The notes beneath the pieces are model-generated. The model searched no databases. It was not told the origin of the DNA and saw only the letters and a program-made list of their open reading frames with translations. The translations under genes and the position numbers were made by a program. Positions 48,639 through 58,361 of a stretch of 64,000 bases of DNA are shown here, piece after piece. The stretch spans positions 236,419 through 300,418 of the forward strand of contig CAVTIS010000008.1 in the NCBI GenBank assembly GCA_963734845.1. The letters run 5' to 3'. This stretch comes from an uncultured delta proteobacterium. GTDB lineage: Bacteria > Desulfobacterota > Binatia > Binatales > Binataceae. Numbering within the stretch: the first letter of the stretch is position 1; each line of letters starts with the position of its first letter.

Positions 48639-49967
48639 TCACAATGCCCGTGCGCGGGCGGGCGACGCGATGCCGGCGGCCTGACCAAGAATCGCCACCA
48701 AGGTTTCAAGGTGAGCGTCGAGTTCGAAGCGAAGCGCCATCTCCCGCGCGCCGCGGCTGAGCCGCGCGAGTTCGGCCGGATCGCCGACGCATTGGACGAT
48801 CGCGCGCGCCAGCCCCGCGGCGCTCGGCGGGTCGCCCGGCGCGAGATGGCCATTGATCCCGTCGCGCAGCCACTCCGGAATTCCCCCCACGGCAAACGCC
48901 GCCGCCGGCAGGCCGCGAAGTCCCGCCTCCGGACCCACCAAACCGAACGGCTCCGGCCACGTGCTTGGCACCACCAGCAGATCGGAGTCGAGCATGAGTT
49001 GCTCGACACGGGCGAAATCCAACCAACCGCTGAATTCTATATGGAGGTTCGTGTTCTCCGCCTGTATGCGCCGTGATTTTTGTTCCCATCGCGCGCGCTC
49101 GGGACCGTCGCCAACGAAGGTTACTTTAAGCGGCTGCTTGAGCGAAGCGGCGGCCGGCGCCAACGCGTCGAGCATGATCGATCCGCCCTTGAGCCGGGTC
49201 ATCCGGCCCACGTACAACAGTCGAAGCGCGCGATTTTCGCCCGCCCCCACTTGCGCAGTATTGGTCGCAGAGGATGGGGCAGCCGATAAGGGCGCGAGCG
49301 GAAGCCGCAGCGCATGCACGCGCTCGGGCGGCAAACCATGGCGCATGAATTCGGCGCGCATGTGCGCCGAGGCGGTCAGAATCGCGGCGTAACGGCTAAG
49401 CAGCGCAAGGCGGACGCTCTGTTTCTGATAGTCGCTCCACATTCGCAACGGGTTTAAACCGCCGCATCGACGGGGATAGAACTGGACCAGGCATCGCCAT
49501 CCGAAGCGCCGCGCGCATGGGCGCGGCCGCGGCGCGGAGAACATCTTGTTGTGGCTGATGCAGGTGCCGTAATAGCCGTGAGCAAATAGCACGGCAGGCG
49601 CGGTTTCGACTATTCGCGCCGCCACCGGCAGGTCATTCATCCCGTGCGCGTAAATGACGTCGGGACGCCATGCCGCGAGTGCAGCGAACGCCGCGGACAT
49701 TCCCGCTTCGGAGGTGCACCAGGAAGGCGCAGCCTGAGGTAGGCGGATTGGCTGTGCGCCAGGTGGTGAAGCCAGTTCCGAAAAAAAAGCGATCTGATGA
49801 CCCGCGGCGGCGAGCGCTGGAATTACCGCTTCGAGATAGGTTTCCGCGCCGCCGATGCACGCGTGATGCGAGTTCGCCACCGCTATTCTCATTAAGGCTC
49901 CGCAGAGCACACGAAATTTACCGCCATCGGCGTGCGCGGCGCAGCGCCCGCAGGGTCGCGGCGCCAA
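48639..49967 (-). CDS. GT4 glycosyltransferase
   Basis: 'RIAVANSHHACIGGAETYLEAVIPALAAAGHQIAF' and 'VVPSTWPEPFGLVGPEAGLRGLPAAAFAVGGIPE'. Confidence 0.8.
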   Translation of the reverse strand: MAPRPCGRCAAHADGGKFRVLCGALMRIAVANSHHACIGGAETYLEAVIPALAAAGHQIAFFSELASPPGAQPIRLPQAAPSWCTSEAGMSAAFAALAAWRPDVIYAHGMNDLPVAARIVETAPAVLFAHGYYGTCISHNKMFSAPRPRPCARRFGWRCLVQFYPRRCGGLNPLRMWSDYQKQSVRLALLSRYAAILTASAHMRAEFMRHGLPPERVHALRLPLAPLSAAPSSATNTAQVGAGENRALRLLYVGRMTRLKGGSIMLDALAPAAASLKQPLKVTFVGDGPERARWEQKSRRIQAENTNLHIEFSGWLDFARVEQLMLDSDLLVVPSTWPEPFGLVGPEAGLRGLPAAAFAVGGIPEWLRDGINGHLAPGDPPSAAGLARAIVQCVGDPAELARLSRGAREMALRFELDAHLETLVAILGQAAGIASPARARAL

Positions 49968-50898
49968 GCGTGCCCGGCAGGCTCGCGAGCGCGAACGCGA
50001 GTCCGATTTTCGGCGTCAACCCTTGCGTGGTCATCGCGTCGCGAAGATGTTTTCGAGCGTCGCGCCCGCGTCCCGCTTGCAGCAGGTACAGGGCATACGA
50101 AAGATGCGCCGCACCGCATAGTGCTTCGATCTCGCTGCGCGACCCGGCAAGTTCCGGCATGGCCATCAGCCGCGCATAGATCAGAATCATCCCGAGGCTT
50201 CCGTCCTCGTTGGCGGTCACGGTTACCGATCCACCATGGACGCGATACCGCGTCAGCCGCTCCGGAAGATAATAGCAGGCCTTACCTGTCCGGCAGGCGA
50301 GATATCCGAGCCATGGGTCCCAGGCAGCGCCAACCTCGACTGGAAAGTCCTGCCAATCGATAGCGTCGCGTCTGATTACGCTCGCCTGCGCGACGGGGAT
50401 GCTCATGTCCAGCAGACAGCGCCAGAAGGGCTGATGGACGCCAGCAGATAGAACGTCGCGATGCCAGTGGCGGGTGTTTCTTTCGGTCGCGGCCAGGTCG
50501 ATACGGCCATGCTCGTCGATTATGTAATGGTCGGAAAACGCGAGTACGACCTCGGGGTTGTCCAACAGGATCGGCACCAATCTACTGAGAAACGCCGGTT
50601 CCCATTCGTCGTCGTCGTTCAAGATCGCGATGAACTTCCCTGAAACCAGGCTGCGGAAGGCCTGGATATGGTTGGCTGCGATACGCAGTCGCTTTTCATT
50701 TCGATGATAGACAATGCGCGGATCGGCGAAGCCTCGAGCGATTTCGCGATTCGTATCGCTGCCTAGGTCGTCGGTCACGATGATTTCAACGTTGCGGTAG
50801 TCGCCGTTTACAGCACTGGCGATCGCGCTGCGCAGATAAGCAGGGCGGTTGTAAGTCGCGATCACAACGCTGACCAGCGGGGCGTCGGCGGCCGGCAT
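49918..50898 (-). CDS. GT2 glycosyltransferase (start refined to ATG at 50898; the upstream Arg-rich extension looks spurious)
   Basis: 'PLVSVVIATYNRPAYLRSAIASAVNGDYRNVEIIVTDDLGSD' is the GT-A N-terminus with a DD motif. Confidence 0.8.
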   Translation of the reverse strand: MPAADAPLVSVVIATYNRPAYLRSAIASAVNGDYRNVEIIVTDDLGSDTNREIARGFADPRIVYHRNEKRLRIAANHIQAFRSLVSGKFIAILNDDDEWEPAFLSRLVPILLDNPEVVLAFSDHYIIDEHGRIDLAATERNTRHWHRDVLSAGVHQPFWRCLLDMSIPVAQASVIRRDAIDWQDFPVEVGAAWDPWLGYLACRTGKACYYLPERLTRYRVHGGSVTVTANEDGSLGMILIYARLMAMPELAGSRSEIEALCGAAHLSYALYLLQAGRGRDARKHLRDAMTTQGLTPKIGLAFALASLPGTLGAATLRALRRARRWR

Positions 50899-52043
50899 CA
50901 GCAACCCTCGCGCAGCGCGGCGATTGTGTGCGCGACGTCGAAGCGCTCGGCGTAGAGCGCGCCGGCTGCGGCTCCCATACGTGCGCGTCGCGCGGGATCG
51001 TCCATCAGGTGCGTGAGCGTCGCACGCATCGCCGCGAGGTCGCCACTGTCCACCAGAGCCACCGCGCCGCTTTGTCGCCACAAGGGCTCGGTGAGAACGC
51101 CGTCGGTGGTCACGACCGCGCTGCGATGCGCCAGCGCAGCCATCAGGCTCGTGCGGCGCGTGCTGACGCCATCGGCGTATGGTTGCAGCATCAGATCGCA
51201 TGCGCCGAGATGGCGTGAGACGTCAGCGGGCGCGAGCGGACCTGAGGCGTGCACGCGCGAGTGCAGCTCTGGAGTTTCCTCCAGCAGCCGGCTTCGCAAG
51301 GCCGGGCTGTCGCGGCCCACAAGCATGAGCGCTGCGTCGGGGCGCTCACGCAGCAGCGGAGGTACGACGGCCGCAAGTTTATCCGCGATCCAGGTCTCGC
51401 GTGCGGTGCCGAAATTGCCAAGTATTATGCCGCCCTCGACCATCAGCGCCCTGCGGACAGCGTGAACTCCGGCCGGGTCGTCGACCACCGGCACGTTACT
51501 CGGCACCGGCAGCCATGAGATCGCAGCCCCCGCAGGCGCGAGCGCCCGCAGCCGCGGTTCCCAGGCCGCGGCGCTGACAACGCATCGGCCGGCGGCGCGC
51601 GTGAGCACGAAAGCCATCCCCAGATGGACCGCGCCAAGCGCATTGAGGCGCATCGGCTGTTGCCACCGGAGCGCCACCGAAACCTCATGAAACATGACCG
51701 TGATGCCAGCGCGGCGGCGCGCGAAGAGCCACAGGCATAGCGGGAGATTCATGCCCTTCATGCCGAATGCCTGCGGGACGTATTGCACCATTATCCGTCC
51801 CGGGCCCGTGGCGTCGAGGGCGCGGCCGAGCGCGGCGAGCGTGCGCAGGCTGAAACCGCCAGGCAGACGATGGACCTCGATGCCGGTTTCGGCCGGATCC
51901 CGCGCATCGGCTGCGGCAGGCGCCCAAACGTGAATGCGGTCGCCGTGAGCGGCGAGTCCGTGCGCGACCAGCCGAGTGTAATCGGCGACGCCGCCTTGTT
52001 GGGGCGGATACTCGCCCGTGATGATGTGCCAGGTTATTAGAAT
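50898..52043 (-). CDS. GT4 glycosyltransferase with no canonical start codon. The called ORF is 50898..51791, but the GT4 N-terminal domain continues in frame up to the upstream gene's stop
   Basis: In-frame upstream translation '(stop)TILITWHIITGEYPPQQGGVADYTRLVAHGLAAHGDRIHVWAPA...' is a classic GT4 N-terminus. A 'GAGGAGG' Shine-Dalgarno lies at 52058-52064 inside the upstream gene. Only ATT/ATA codons are available as starts between the upstream stop (52047-52049) and the first ATG (51789-51791). Confidence 0.55.
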   Translation of the reverse strand: MLITWHIITGEYPPQQGGVADYTRLVAHGLAAHGDRIHVWAPAAADARDPAETGIEVHRLPGGFSLRTLAALGRALDATGPGRIMVQYVPQAFGMKGMNLPLCLWLFARRRAGITVMFHEVSVALRWQQPMRLNALGAVHLGMAFVLTRAAGRCVVSAAAWEPRLRALAPAGAAISWLPVPSNVPVVDDPAGVHAVRRALMVEGGIILGNFGTARETWIADKLAAVVPPLLRERPDAALMLVGRDSPALRSRLLEETPELHSRVHASGPLAPADVSRHLGACDLMLQPYADGVSTRRTSLMAALAHRSAVVTTDGVLTEPLWRQSGAVALVDSGDLAAMRATLTHLMDDPARRARMGAAAGALYAERFDVAHTIAALREGC

Positions 52044-52046
52044 CGT

Positions 52047-52811
52047 CTAACTGCGGGCCTCCTCGATCGCGCGTCGTATTCTGCGCCGGACGCGAGTGCC
52101 GAGGAACTTGATTCGCCACCAAGTGTGATCTGCCTGGAGCAGCTTCTCGGGATAGGGACGCACGCGCTGTATGTATTTCTCAAGTTCCTGCGCCTGTTTC
52201 GCCGGCGTGTGGATAGTCGTCTCGGAGAACCTGAAACTGTCTTCCCAGAATAGCCACTGATTCCGCTGCGCCTCAGAAAGTTGCCGCAGGTACCGCTCGG
52301 GAAAGGAAAACCGCCAGTGGCTATGAATCATGTGATACTTCATGAGGAAGCGAATCTCGTCAGGTAGGATGATGTCGATTAGCCAACGATGGTGGGTCAG
52401 TCCCACCTGCCCAGGCTCCGCCCCGCGGCAGGACTCCGCTACGCGCGACGGAACCTCGATGTAGCCGCGCTTGCCTATCCGGATGATCTCAGCGCTTACC
52501 CAGAGCGGGTCGCGCACGTCCTCGAGGGTTTGCGAGCAGGTCACGAAATCGAAGAATTTATCAGGGAATGGATACGGCTGCTTGTCGCAGATATCGCGCT
52601 GGATCCAGGTCTCCTTAGTGAAATACTCTCGCTCGCCTCCCTGTGCTGGCGCAAGCCATCCCCTTGTCTCGTACGGCTCCGCGTCGATGACATAGTTTGC
52701 GCGATTGAAGCACCGCGCCCACCCTCCGATGTCGAGAACCAAGTCATCGGGCCCGATCATCTTCAGAACCGCGTCGACGTTAGGCTCATACATCCGGCGA
52801 TCCTCCCCCAT
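52047..52811 (-). CDS. class I SAM-dependent methyltransferase
   Basis: 'LVLDIGGWARCF' motif I-like, 'DFVTCSQTLEDV' motif II/III-like. Confidence 0.55.
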   Translation of the reverse strand: MGEDRRMYEPNVDAVLKMIGPDDLVLDIGGWARCFNRANYVIDAEPYETRGWLAPAQGGEREYFTKETWIQRDICDKQPYPFPDKFFDFVTCSQTLEDVRDPLWVSAEIIRIGKRGYIEVPSRVAESCRGAEPGQVGLTHHRWLIDIILPDEIRFLMKYHMIHSHWRFSFPERYLRQLSEAQRNQWLFWEDSFRFSETTIHTPAKQAQELEKYIQRVRPYPEKLLQADHTWWRIKFLGTRVRRRIRRAIEEARS

Positions 52812-53979
52812 AGATCGTCAAGCAGCGGCGGACAACCGATGGCCAAGTGAAGCGCTCCAGCACGCGGCGTCGCCCCGCCGCCCCCATCTCGCCAGCCACC
52901 TGCGGATGGGCGCGCAGCCAGCAGAGCCGCTCGCATAGCGCGGCCGGGTTATTGGGCGATACCACGAAGCCGGTGACCCCGTCTTCCACCACCTCGGGTA
53001 GACTGGCGACTGCGGTGCATAGTGCCGGCGCGCCACACGCCATTCCCTCGAGCAGCGTTTGTCCCAATAGCTCGGGCACCGGAGTTTCGACGCCATGGGT
53101 CGAACGATAAACGCTCGGCAGCACGATGCACATCGCGCGCCGGTAGTGTTCGACCAGCGCGGCATCATCACAGTCGGTGTGGAAGGTGACACACTTGCCG
53201 GCAGCAAGCTTGTGCAGATCTTCCAGGTATTGTTCGTCAAGCGCTGGCCCGACCACTTCGAGCCGTAACCCTGGCGGCAGGGCCTCGATTAGGTAGTTGA
53301 TTCCTTTATGAGGCAGCAAACGGCCCACGAAGAGCACGGTCTTGTCGCGCTGAATGGTGCGGTCTGGGGAGAACTTCATTGTGTCGACTCCGCCAAGGAT
53401 AACGTGTGCCCACCGCTTGCCGCGATGGCCAGCGATCGTGCGGCTGTATTCGCTGATATGGAGATGCCCGTTGTACCAGCGGTCAGTCGCGAGATAGGCG
53501 GAGATATCCCAGCCGCCGCCGCCGAGGTCGCTGACGAAGACGCGCCGGCGGCTTAGGCGGCCGAAGAGGGCTGCAAGACTGCTCGCCAGAACGTGCTGCT
53601 GATGGCAATGAATCACGTCGGCCTCGCGCAGCGCGGCGAACATCGACCACTTAAGCGGGTTGAAGCGCTGGCCGCGGACGTACCAAGGTTCGCCCAGCAC
53701 GCGGATTCGAAGCGGCCCCCTCGTTTCGTTCCGGCCATGCCGCCCAAAGCTCAGCAACGTGGTCGGGACGACTTCGGCCATGTGGCGCGCTAACTCAAGC
53801 GCATAGCGCTCGGCGCCACCTACCGTGCCATCGCTGCCGAACAGCGCCGGCACCAGGTGAAGCACCCGCGGCGCCGCCGGGTCGAGCGCGAGGCGCCGCC
53901 GATGGAGTGACACCGACATCGATGAGGCTATTTGACCACTTCGAGTTCGAAGCTCAGGAACCAGGCCGGGAACAGCCAT
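52786..53979 (-). CDS. GT4 glycosyltransferase
   Basis: 'RVLHLVPALFGSDGTVGGAERYALELARHMAE' N-terminus and 'VLPSVYRSTHGVETPVPELLGQTLLEGMACGAPALCTAVASLPEVV' EX7E region. Confidence 0.8.
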   Translation of the reverse strand: MAVPGLVPELRTRSGQIASSMSVSLHRRRLALDPAAPRVLHLVPALFGSDGTVGGAERYALELARHMAEVVPTTLLSFGRHGRNETRGPLRIRVLGEPWYVRGQRFNPLKWSMFAALREADVIHCHQQHVLASSLAALFGRLSRRRVFVSDLGGGGWDISAYLATDRWYNGHLHISEYSRTIAGHRGKRWAHVILGGVDTMKFSPDRTIQRDKTVLFVGRLLPHKGINYLIEALPPGLRLEVVGPALDEQYLEDLHKLAAGKCVTFHTDCDDAALVEHYRRAMCIVLPSVYRSTHGVETPVPELLGQTLLEGMACGAPALCTAVASLPEVVEDGVTGFVVSPNNPAALCERLCWLRAHPQVAGEMGAAGRRRVLERFTWPSVVRRCLTIYGGGSPDV

Positions 53980-54491
53980 GCCCAGCGCCGTTCATAGGCT
54001 TGCGGGTAGCGGTTGGCTATTCGCCAGATCAACTTATTGACGAGCGTAGGATGAAAAATGATTTGCGCCTGACGGCGGCGAAACCGCTTTTCACTGTAAA
54101 GAACGAAGCCATGTTCACCGGTGAAGTAGTCAAAGCTGAAATGGCTGAAGTGATGGAGGTGGGTGGGATCGATAAAGGAATTCGATGATGAAAAATGTGG
54201 CGTCGTGATCCGCACGACGGCGCCGTCCTGACAGACCCGATGAATCTCTTCCATGGTGGCCACGATATCCCTGAGGTGCTCGAGGATGTCGCCTAGCAGT
54301 ACCTCTTCAAAGTGATTGTCTGGCAGCGGCCACGGAGTCAAATTCAGATCGTGAACGAGGTCGGGACTGGTGGAAGCGCGCAGATCAACGTTAAGTGCAT
54401 CGGGCATGAGCTTGGGCCCGCTGCCAAGGTTGAGAACCTTACGATCGGCCGGTTGCACCGAATCCGAGATGCTCGGATGAACCTGCTCCAT
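53928..54491 (-). CDS. class I SAM-dependent methyltransferase (Methyltransf_11/23-like)
   Basis: 'KVLNLGSGPKLMPDALNVDL' motif I and 'FEEVLLGDILEHL' motif II. Confidence 0.65.
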   Translation of the reverse strand: MEQVHPSISDSVQPADRKVLNLGSGPKLMPDALNVDLRASTSPDLVHDLNLTPWPLPDNHFEEVLLGDILEHLRDIVATMEEIHRVCQDGAVVRITTPHFSSSNSFIDPTHLHHFSHFSFDYFTGEHGFVLYSEKRFRRRQAQIIFHPTLVNKLIWRIANRYPQAYERRWAWLFPAWFLSFELEVVK

Positions 54492-54768
54492 GCTCTATGA
54501 TTCCTATTGACCAGTTGTCTCCCCGCGGCTTCCTCGCTGTTCACGCATACGGATTCTTTCTCATTGCACCGCTGGGAGTTGGAGCCTCCCGAATATAGAC
54601 TGGCTGGGCCACCCACTCTAGCCAACGTCCGGGATCGTGCACGGTTTCGTCCGGCCGCGCGAGGCAGCTCGCGCTGGCGCTGTGCGGGATCCGGCCTGGG
54701 AACGCATCTACGATGCCACGTAATCCTGAAATCGATGCGGCGCCAGTCGGGGACGATCCTGACAGCAG

Positions 54769-55197
54769 CTAGAATAGCCGCCCGTATTCGATCGCCGGGC
54801 AGCGGTCCATCACCACCGTCATCCCCGCCTCCCGCGCCCGCCCCGCCGCCTCAAGGTCGACCACTCCAAGCTGGCACCACAACACGCGCGCGCCCTTGGC
54901 GATGGCCGCCGCAGCGACCTCCGCCACGCACTCGGAGCGCCTGAACACGTCCACCATCTGCACCGCGTCGGGAATCGAGGCCAGGTCCGGATAGCATCGC
55001 TCGCCGAGCGCCGCCACCAACGCATCGGGCGCAAGCTGCGGGTTGACCGGGATCACACGGAAGCCCTTGCGCTTGAGCAGCATCGCGATCCGCAGGCTGT
55101 CGCGCGCCTGATTGTCCGAGCATCCGACCACCGCGACGGTCACCGGACGCTGTAGAATCTCGCGAATCTCGGCGTCCGTGGGATTGGCGAATTCCAT
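54769..55197 (-). CDS. CoA-binding domain protein (YccU / CoA_binding_2)
   Basis: 'VTVAVVGCSDNQARDSLRIAMLLKRKGFRVIPVNP'. Confidence 0.75.
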   Translation of the reverse strand: MEFANPTDAEIREILQRPVTVAVVGCSDNQARDSLRIAMLLKRKGFRVIPVNPQLAPDALVAALGERCYPDLASIPDAVQMVDVFRRSECVAEVAAAAIAKGARVLWCQLGVVDLEAAGRAREAGMTVVMDRCPAIEYGRLF

Positions 55198-55220
55198 CGG
55201 AAATATTCCTTCGGTGAGTG

Positions 55221-55751
55221 CTACTCGCCGCCGAGCAGGCGATCGGCGACGCGCGGGATCAGCCGCCCGATTTCGTCGCGGCAGAGGTCGAACACCTCAT
55301 GGCCCTGCTCGAACGGGTCGTCGATATCGCCCGACTCGCCGGCAAACGCGCGCAGGGTGAAGACCGCGCGCGCGGCGGCGGCTGGAAAGCGCTGGTGGAG
55401 GTCGCGCTCCTGCGCCGCGGTCATCGCGATCACCAGGTCGGCCGCCTCCAACATCTCCGGATGCCGCTTGAGGTCGGTTGACGACGCCTCTTCGCCGATA
55501 TCGATCCCGATCGACTTGAGCGTCATCCGGGTATCGAGCGAAACCAGCGCGCCGTCGCGCGCGTAGGGCGCGATCCCGGCCGATCGAATCTCGATGGCAG
55601 CGCCGGCGCCGCGCGCGCCAATTTCGCGCCGCAGCATATGCTCCGCCATAATACTGCGCGCGGTGTTGGCCGCGCAGATGATCAGCACCTGGCGCGGACG
55701 CGCCGCGCGCGGCGCTGCGCCAGCGCGCGATGCGGACTTGCTCTGAGCCAT
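55221..55751 (-). CDS. low-molecular-weight protein-tyrosine phosphatase (LMW-PTP / Wzb-like; an arsenate-reductase-type fold is also possible)
   Basis: P-loop 'VLIICAANTARS' (C-x5-R-S) near the N-terminus and 'IDDPF' general-acid D-P motif near the C-terminus. Confidence 0.75.
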   Translation of the reverse strand: MAQSKSASRAGAAPRAARPRQVLIICAANTARSIMAEHMLRREIGARGAGAAIEIRSAGIAPYARDGALVSLDTRMTLKSIGIDIGEEASSTDLKRHPEMLEAADLVIAMTAAQERDLHQRFPAAAARAVFTLRAFAGESGDIDDPFEQGHEVFDLCRDEIGRLIPRVADRLLGGE

Positions 55752-55779
55752 ATATCTGCTAACGCCCCGCGGACTGCAG

Positions 55780-56718
55780 CTAGCGTCCCGCAGACATGAC
55801 CTCGGCCATGCTTTCCTTCTTGGTGACGCCCTTGGCGAGTTCCTCCTTAAGCCGCGCGCCGAGCGCCGCCGGCTCCCAGAACGTGCCAGGCGCCGCCGCT
55901 ACCTGCGCCACCGAATGCCATCCGCGCATCAGCCACACCCGGCCCATCCCGACCCGAAACACTTCGCCGTGGACGTCCTTGGCGTCGTCGCTGCCGAGCC
56001 AGGCGACCAGCGGCGCGACATGGGCGGGGCTGAAGAGGTCGAAATCGCCCTGCTTGACCGCCGGCATCGTGGCCGCGGTCTGCGGCGTGGCGTCGATGGT
56101 CAGGCGGGTGCGCGCGACCGGCGCGATCGCGTTGGCGGTGCATCCATAGCGCGCCATCTCGCGGTCGACGATTATGGCGAACGCGGCCACCGCGGCCTTG
56201 GCGGTGCCATAGTTTCCCTGGCCGGCGTTGCCGAGCAGGCCCGAATCGGAACTGGTGTTGATCAGCCGGCCGTTCAGCAGGTTGCCGTTCTTCTGCTGTT
56301 CGCGCCAATACGCCGCCGCGTGGCGCGCCATGTTGAAGGTGCCTTTGAGATGGACGTTGACGACGGCATCGAAGTCCTCCTCGCTCATGTTGAAAATCAT
56401 GCGGTCACGCAGGATGCCGGCGTTGTTGACCACGATGTTGAGCTTGCCGAAGTTGTCGAGCGCGCATTCGACGATGCGCTTGGAGGATTTGAAGTCGCTG
56501 ACGCTTTCGAAGTTGGCGACCGCTTCGCCGCCGAAGCCGCGGATTTCCTTGATCACCTCCTCGGCCGGCGAACGCGACTGGCCGGTACCGTCGAAGTGGC
56601 CGCCGAGATCGTTAACCACGACCTTGGCGCCCTGTTTGGCCAGCAGCAGCGCCTCTTCGCGGCCGATACCGCGTCCAGCACCTGTTACGATCGCGACCTT
56701 CCCATCAAGTAATGCCAT
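55780..56718 (-). CDS. SDR-family oxidoreductase (MFE-2 / HSD17B4-type dehydrogenase domain)
   Basis: 'GKVAIVTGAGRGIGREEALLLAKQGAKVVVNDLGG', 'NNAG' and the Y-x3-K region; 'VNDLGGHFDG' is typical of the MFE-2 dehydrogenase subfamily. Confidence 0.85.
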   Translation of the reverse strand: MALLDGKVAIVTGAGRGIGREEALLLAKQGAKVVVNDLGGHFDGTGQSRSPAEEVIKEIRGFGGEAVANFESVSDFKSSKRIVECALDNFGKLNIVVNNAGILRDRMIFNMSEEDFDAVVNVHLKGTFNMARHAAAYWREQQKNGNLLNGRLINTSSDSGLLGNAGQGNYGTAKAAVAAFAIIVDREMARYGCTANAIAPVARTRLTIDATPQTAATMPAVKQGDFDLFSPAHVAPLVAWLGSDDAKDVHGEVFRVGMGRVWLMRGWHSVAQVAAAPGTFWEPAALGARLKEELAKGVTKKESMAEVMSAGR

Positions 56719-56858
56719 TGCTTTCTGAATCCTCTCTTTGTCCGTGATTGTGCGGGGAATCCAGGCGGAACTCTCCCGCCTCTGGCAGATTTATCCCGTA
56801 AACTCCGCCCTGCCGCAAGCGCCGGGAATCCGGAAGCGCGGCCTCGGAGCGACCGTTC

Positions 56859-58031
56859 CTATCTGCAAATTAACGTCGCCGTATGGCCGTATCGCGGCGT
56901 CGTCATCAGGCCTGTGGTGGGAGTAAAGGTTTGTGTCGCGGGATCGTACAGCTCGGCGGTTGCGAATATCTGGTAACCGGTATCCAGACAAATAAGACCC
57001 GGCGCGCAGGCCCAGCCTCCGGCAATCAGCACTTTGCCGTTTGGCAGGCGGGTCGCCGTTTGGTCCACGCGCGGGACCGACATCTCGTGGGACGGCAGCG
57101 AACTGTAACGCTGGCCGAAGCCTTGACCGTAAGGGAAATAAAGGAACGCGCCGTTGGATTCATATCGGAACGCGAATCCGCCGGTGAACAGCACCCTGCC
57201 ATTCAAAAGTCGGGTCGCGGTGGTCGCGCTGGCGGCAAAGGGAAATAAGCCGTGGGTCAGGCGGAAACTATCGCTTACGGGATCGTATAAGTCGGCTGGC
57301 TGCCCGGCGAGGCCGGTGTCGCCGGCGACCAGCACTTTGCCACTGACCAGCCCGGTGGCGGTATCGTGGGCCGCGCTCATATCGCCCGCTGTGCGGGTGA
57401 AGCTCTGGGTAGCGGGATCGAACAGCTCGCCGGCTGTTCCTCCTGTCGGATCGCCGTCCACGACGAGCACTTTGCCGGTAGTCAGCAGGGTCGCATTGTG
57501 GCCCACACGAGGAACGATCATGCTGCCGGTCCTCCGGAAAAAACCTCTGCGCCAATTGTAAATTTCGGCGCTCGACAATGCCGGATTAGTCCCCGGAAGC
57601 GAAATGCCGCCGCTGATCAGAACATTTCCGCTCGGCAGCCTCGTCGCCGCGTGCCCGGCACGATCCTCATGCATGTTGGCGGCGAGCCTGAACGTCTTCG
57701 TCGCCGGGTCGAACAGCTCCGCCGAGGCCAAGGCAGAGCCGCCTGCCAAAGCGAACCCTCCGACCACAAGTACCGAACCATCGAGAAGTCGCGTCGCCGT
57801 ATGTTCGACCCGCGCATCGATCATCTCGCCTACCTGGATGAAGGTATCGGTCTTAGGGTCGTAAAGTTCAGCCGTTTGAGTCGCATCGCCGGGGTCGAAC
57901 GAGGTGACGGGGTCGAACGAGGTGACGCCGCCCGTAATTAGGACCGCCGGGTCGTTGCATTGAGCATGCAGAATAGAAGCGGCGACCGGAGCCGCCAGAA
58001 GTAACACCAGAAGTGACGCTGCGAGCTTCAT
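56859..58031 (-). CDS. secreted Kelch-repeat beta-propeller protein (start refined to the signal-peptide Met)
   Basis: Signal peptide 'MKLAASLLVLLLAAPVAASILHAQ'. Six or more Kelch-like blades: 'LLDGSVLVVGG', 'RLPSGNVLISGG', 'LLTTGKVLVVDG', 'GLVSGKVLVAGD', 'RLLNGRVLFTGG', 'RLPNGKVLIAGG'. Confidence 0.75.
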   Translation of the reverse strand: MKLAASLLVLLLAAPVAASILHAQCNDPAVLITGGVTSFDPVTSFDPGDATQTAELYDPKTDTFIQVGEMIDARVEHTATRLLDGSVLVVGGFALAGGSALASAELFDPATKTFRLAANMHEDRAGHAATRLPSGNVLISGGISLPGTNPALSSAEIYNWRRGFFRRTGSMIVPRVGHNATLLTTGKVLVVDGDPTGGTAGELFDPATQSFTRTAGDMSAAHDTATGLVSGKVLVAGDTGLAGQPADLYDPVSDSFRLTHGLFPFAASATTATRLLNGRVLFTGGFAFRYESNGAFLYFPYGQGFGQRYSSLPSHEMSVPRVDQTATRLPNGKVLIAGGWACAPGLICLDTGYQIFATAELYDPATQTFTPTTGLMTTPRYGHTATLICR

Positions 58032-58361
58032 AACAATCTCCGAATGCTGATGAGAGATTGAAAAGCGCCTATGGACGTTATTTTCAAAACCATGCAGCGA
58101 AGCGAAGCACCGCAAGGAGCATGCCGATGCCGACGCTGCTCCCTCGAAGGCGAGCGGCGGGAACCGGAGGTCAGGGCCGGGAGTTTCCATGCGGGGCGAG
58201 ATGGAGCGACCCCGCGTGATTTTGAGGCCCGTTCGTGGAGGTTTGCGCGCATAGGCCCGGGTAAGTAATTATGGTGGGCTTAGGAGACGAATCGCGGTCG
58301 CGCCGGCGACAGGCAAACCGCAGGCGTCTGGGCAAAATTTTCGGCTGCGGAAGGTTAAGCG

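Noticed and set aside
51685-52122. 145-aa Arg-rich minus ORF upstream of the GT4 gene
   Set aside because: It is in a different frame from the GT4 N-terminal domain, which reads cleanly in the frame of 50898..51791; the Arg-rich text is a GC artefact
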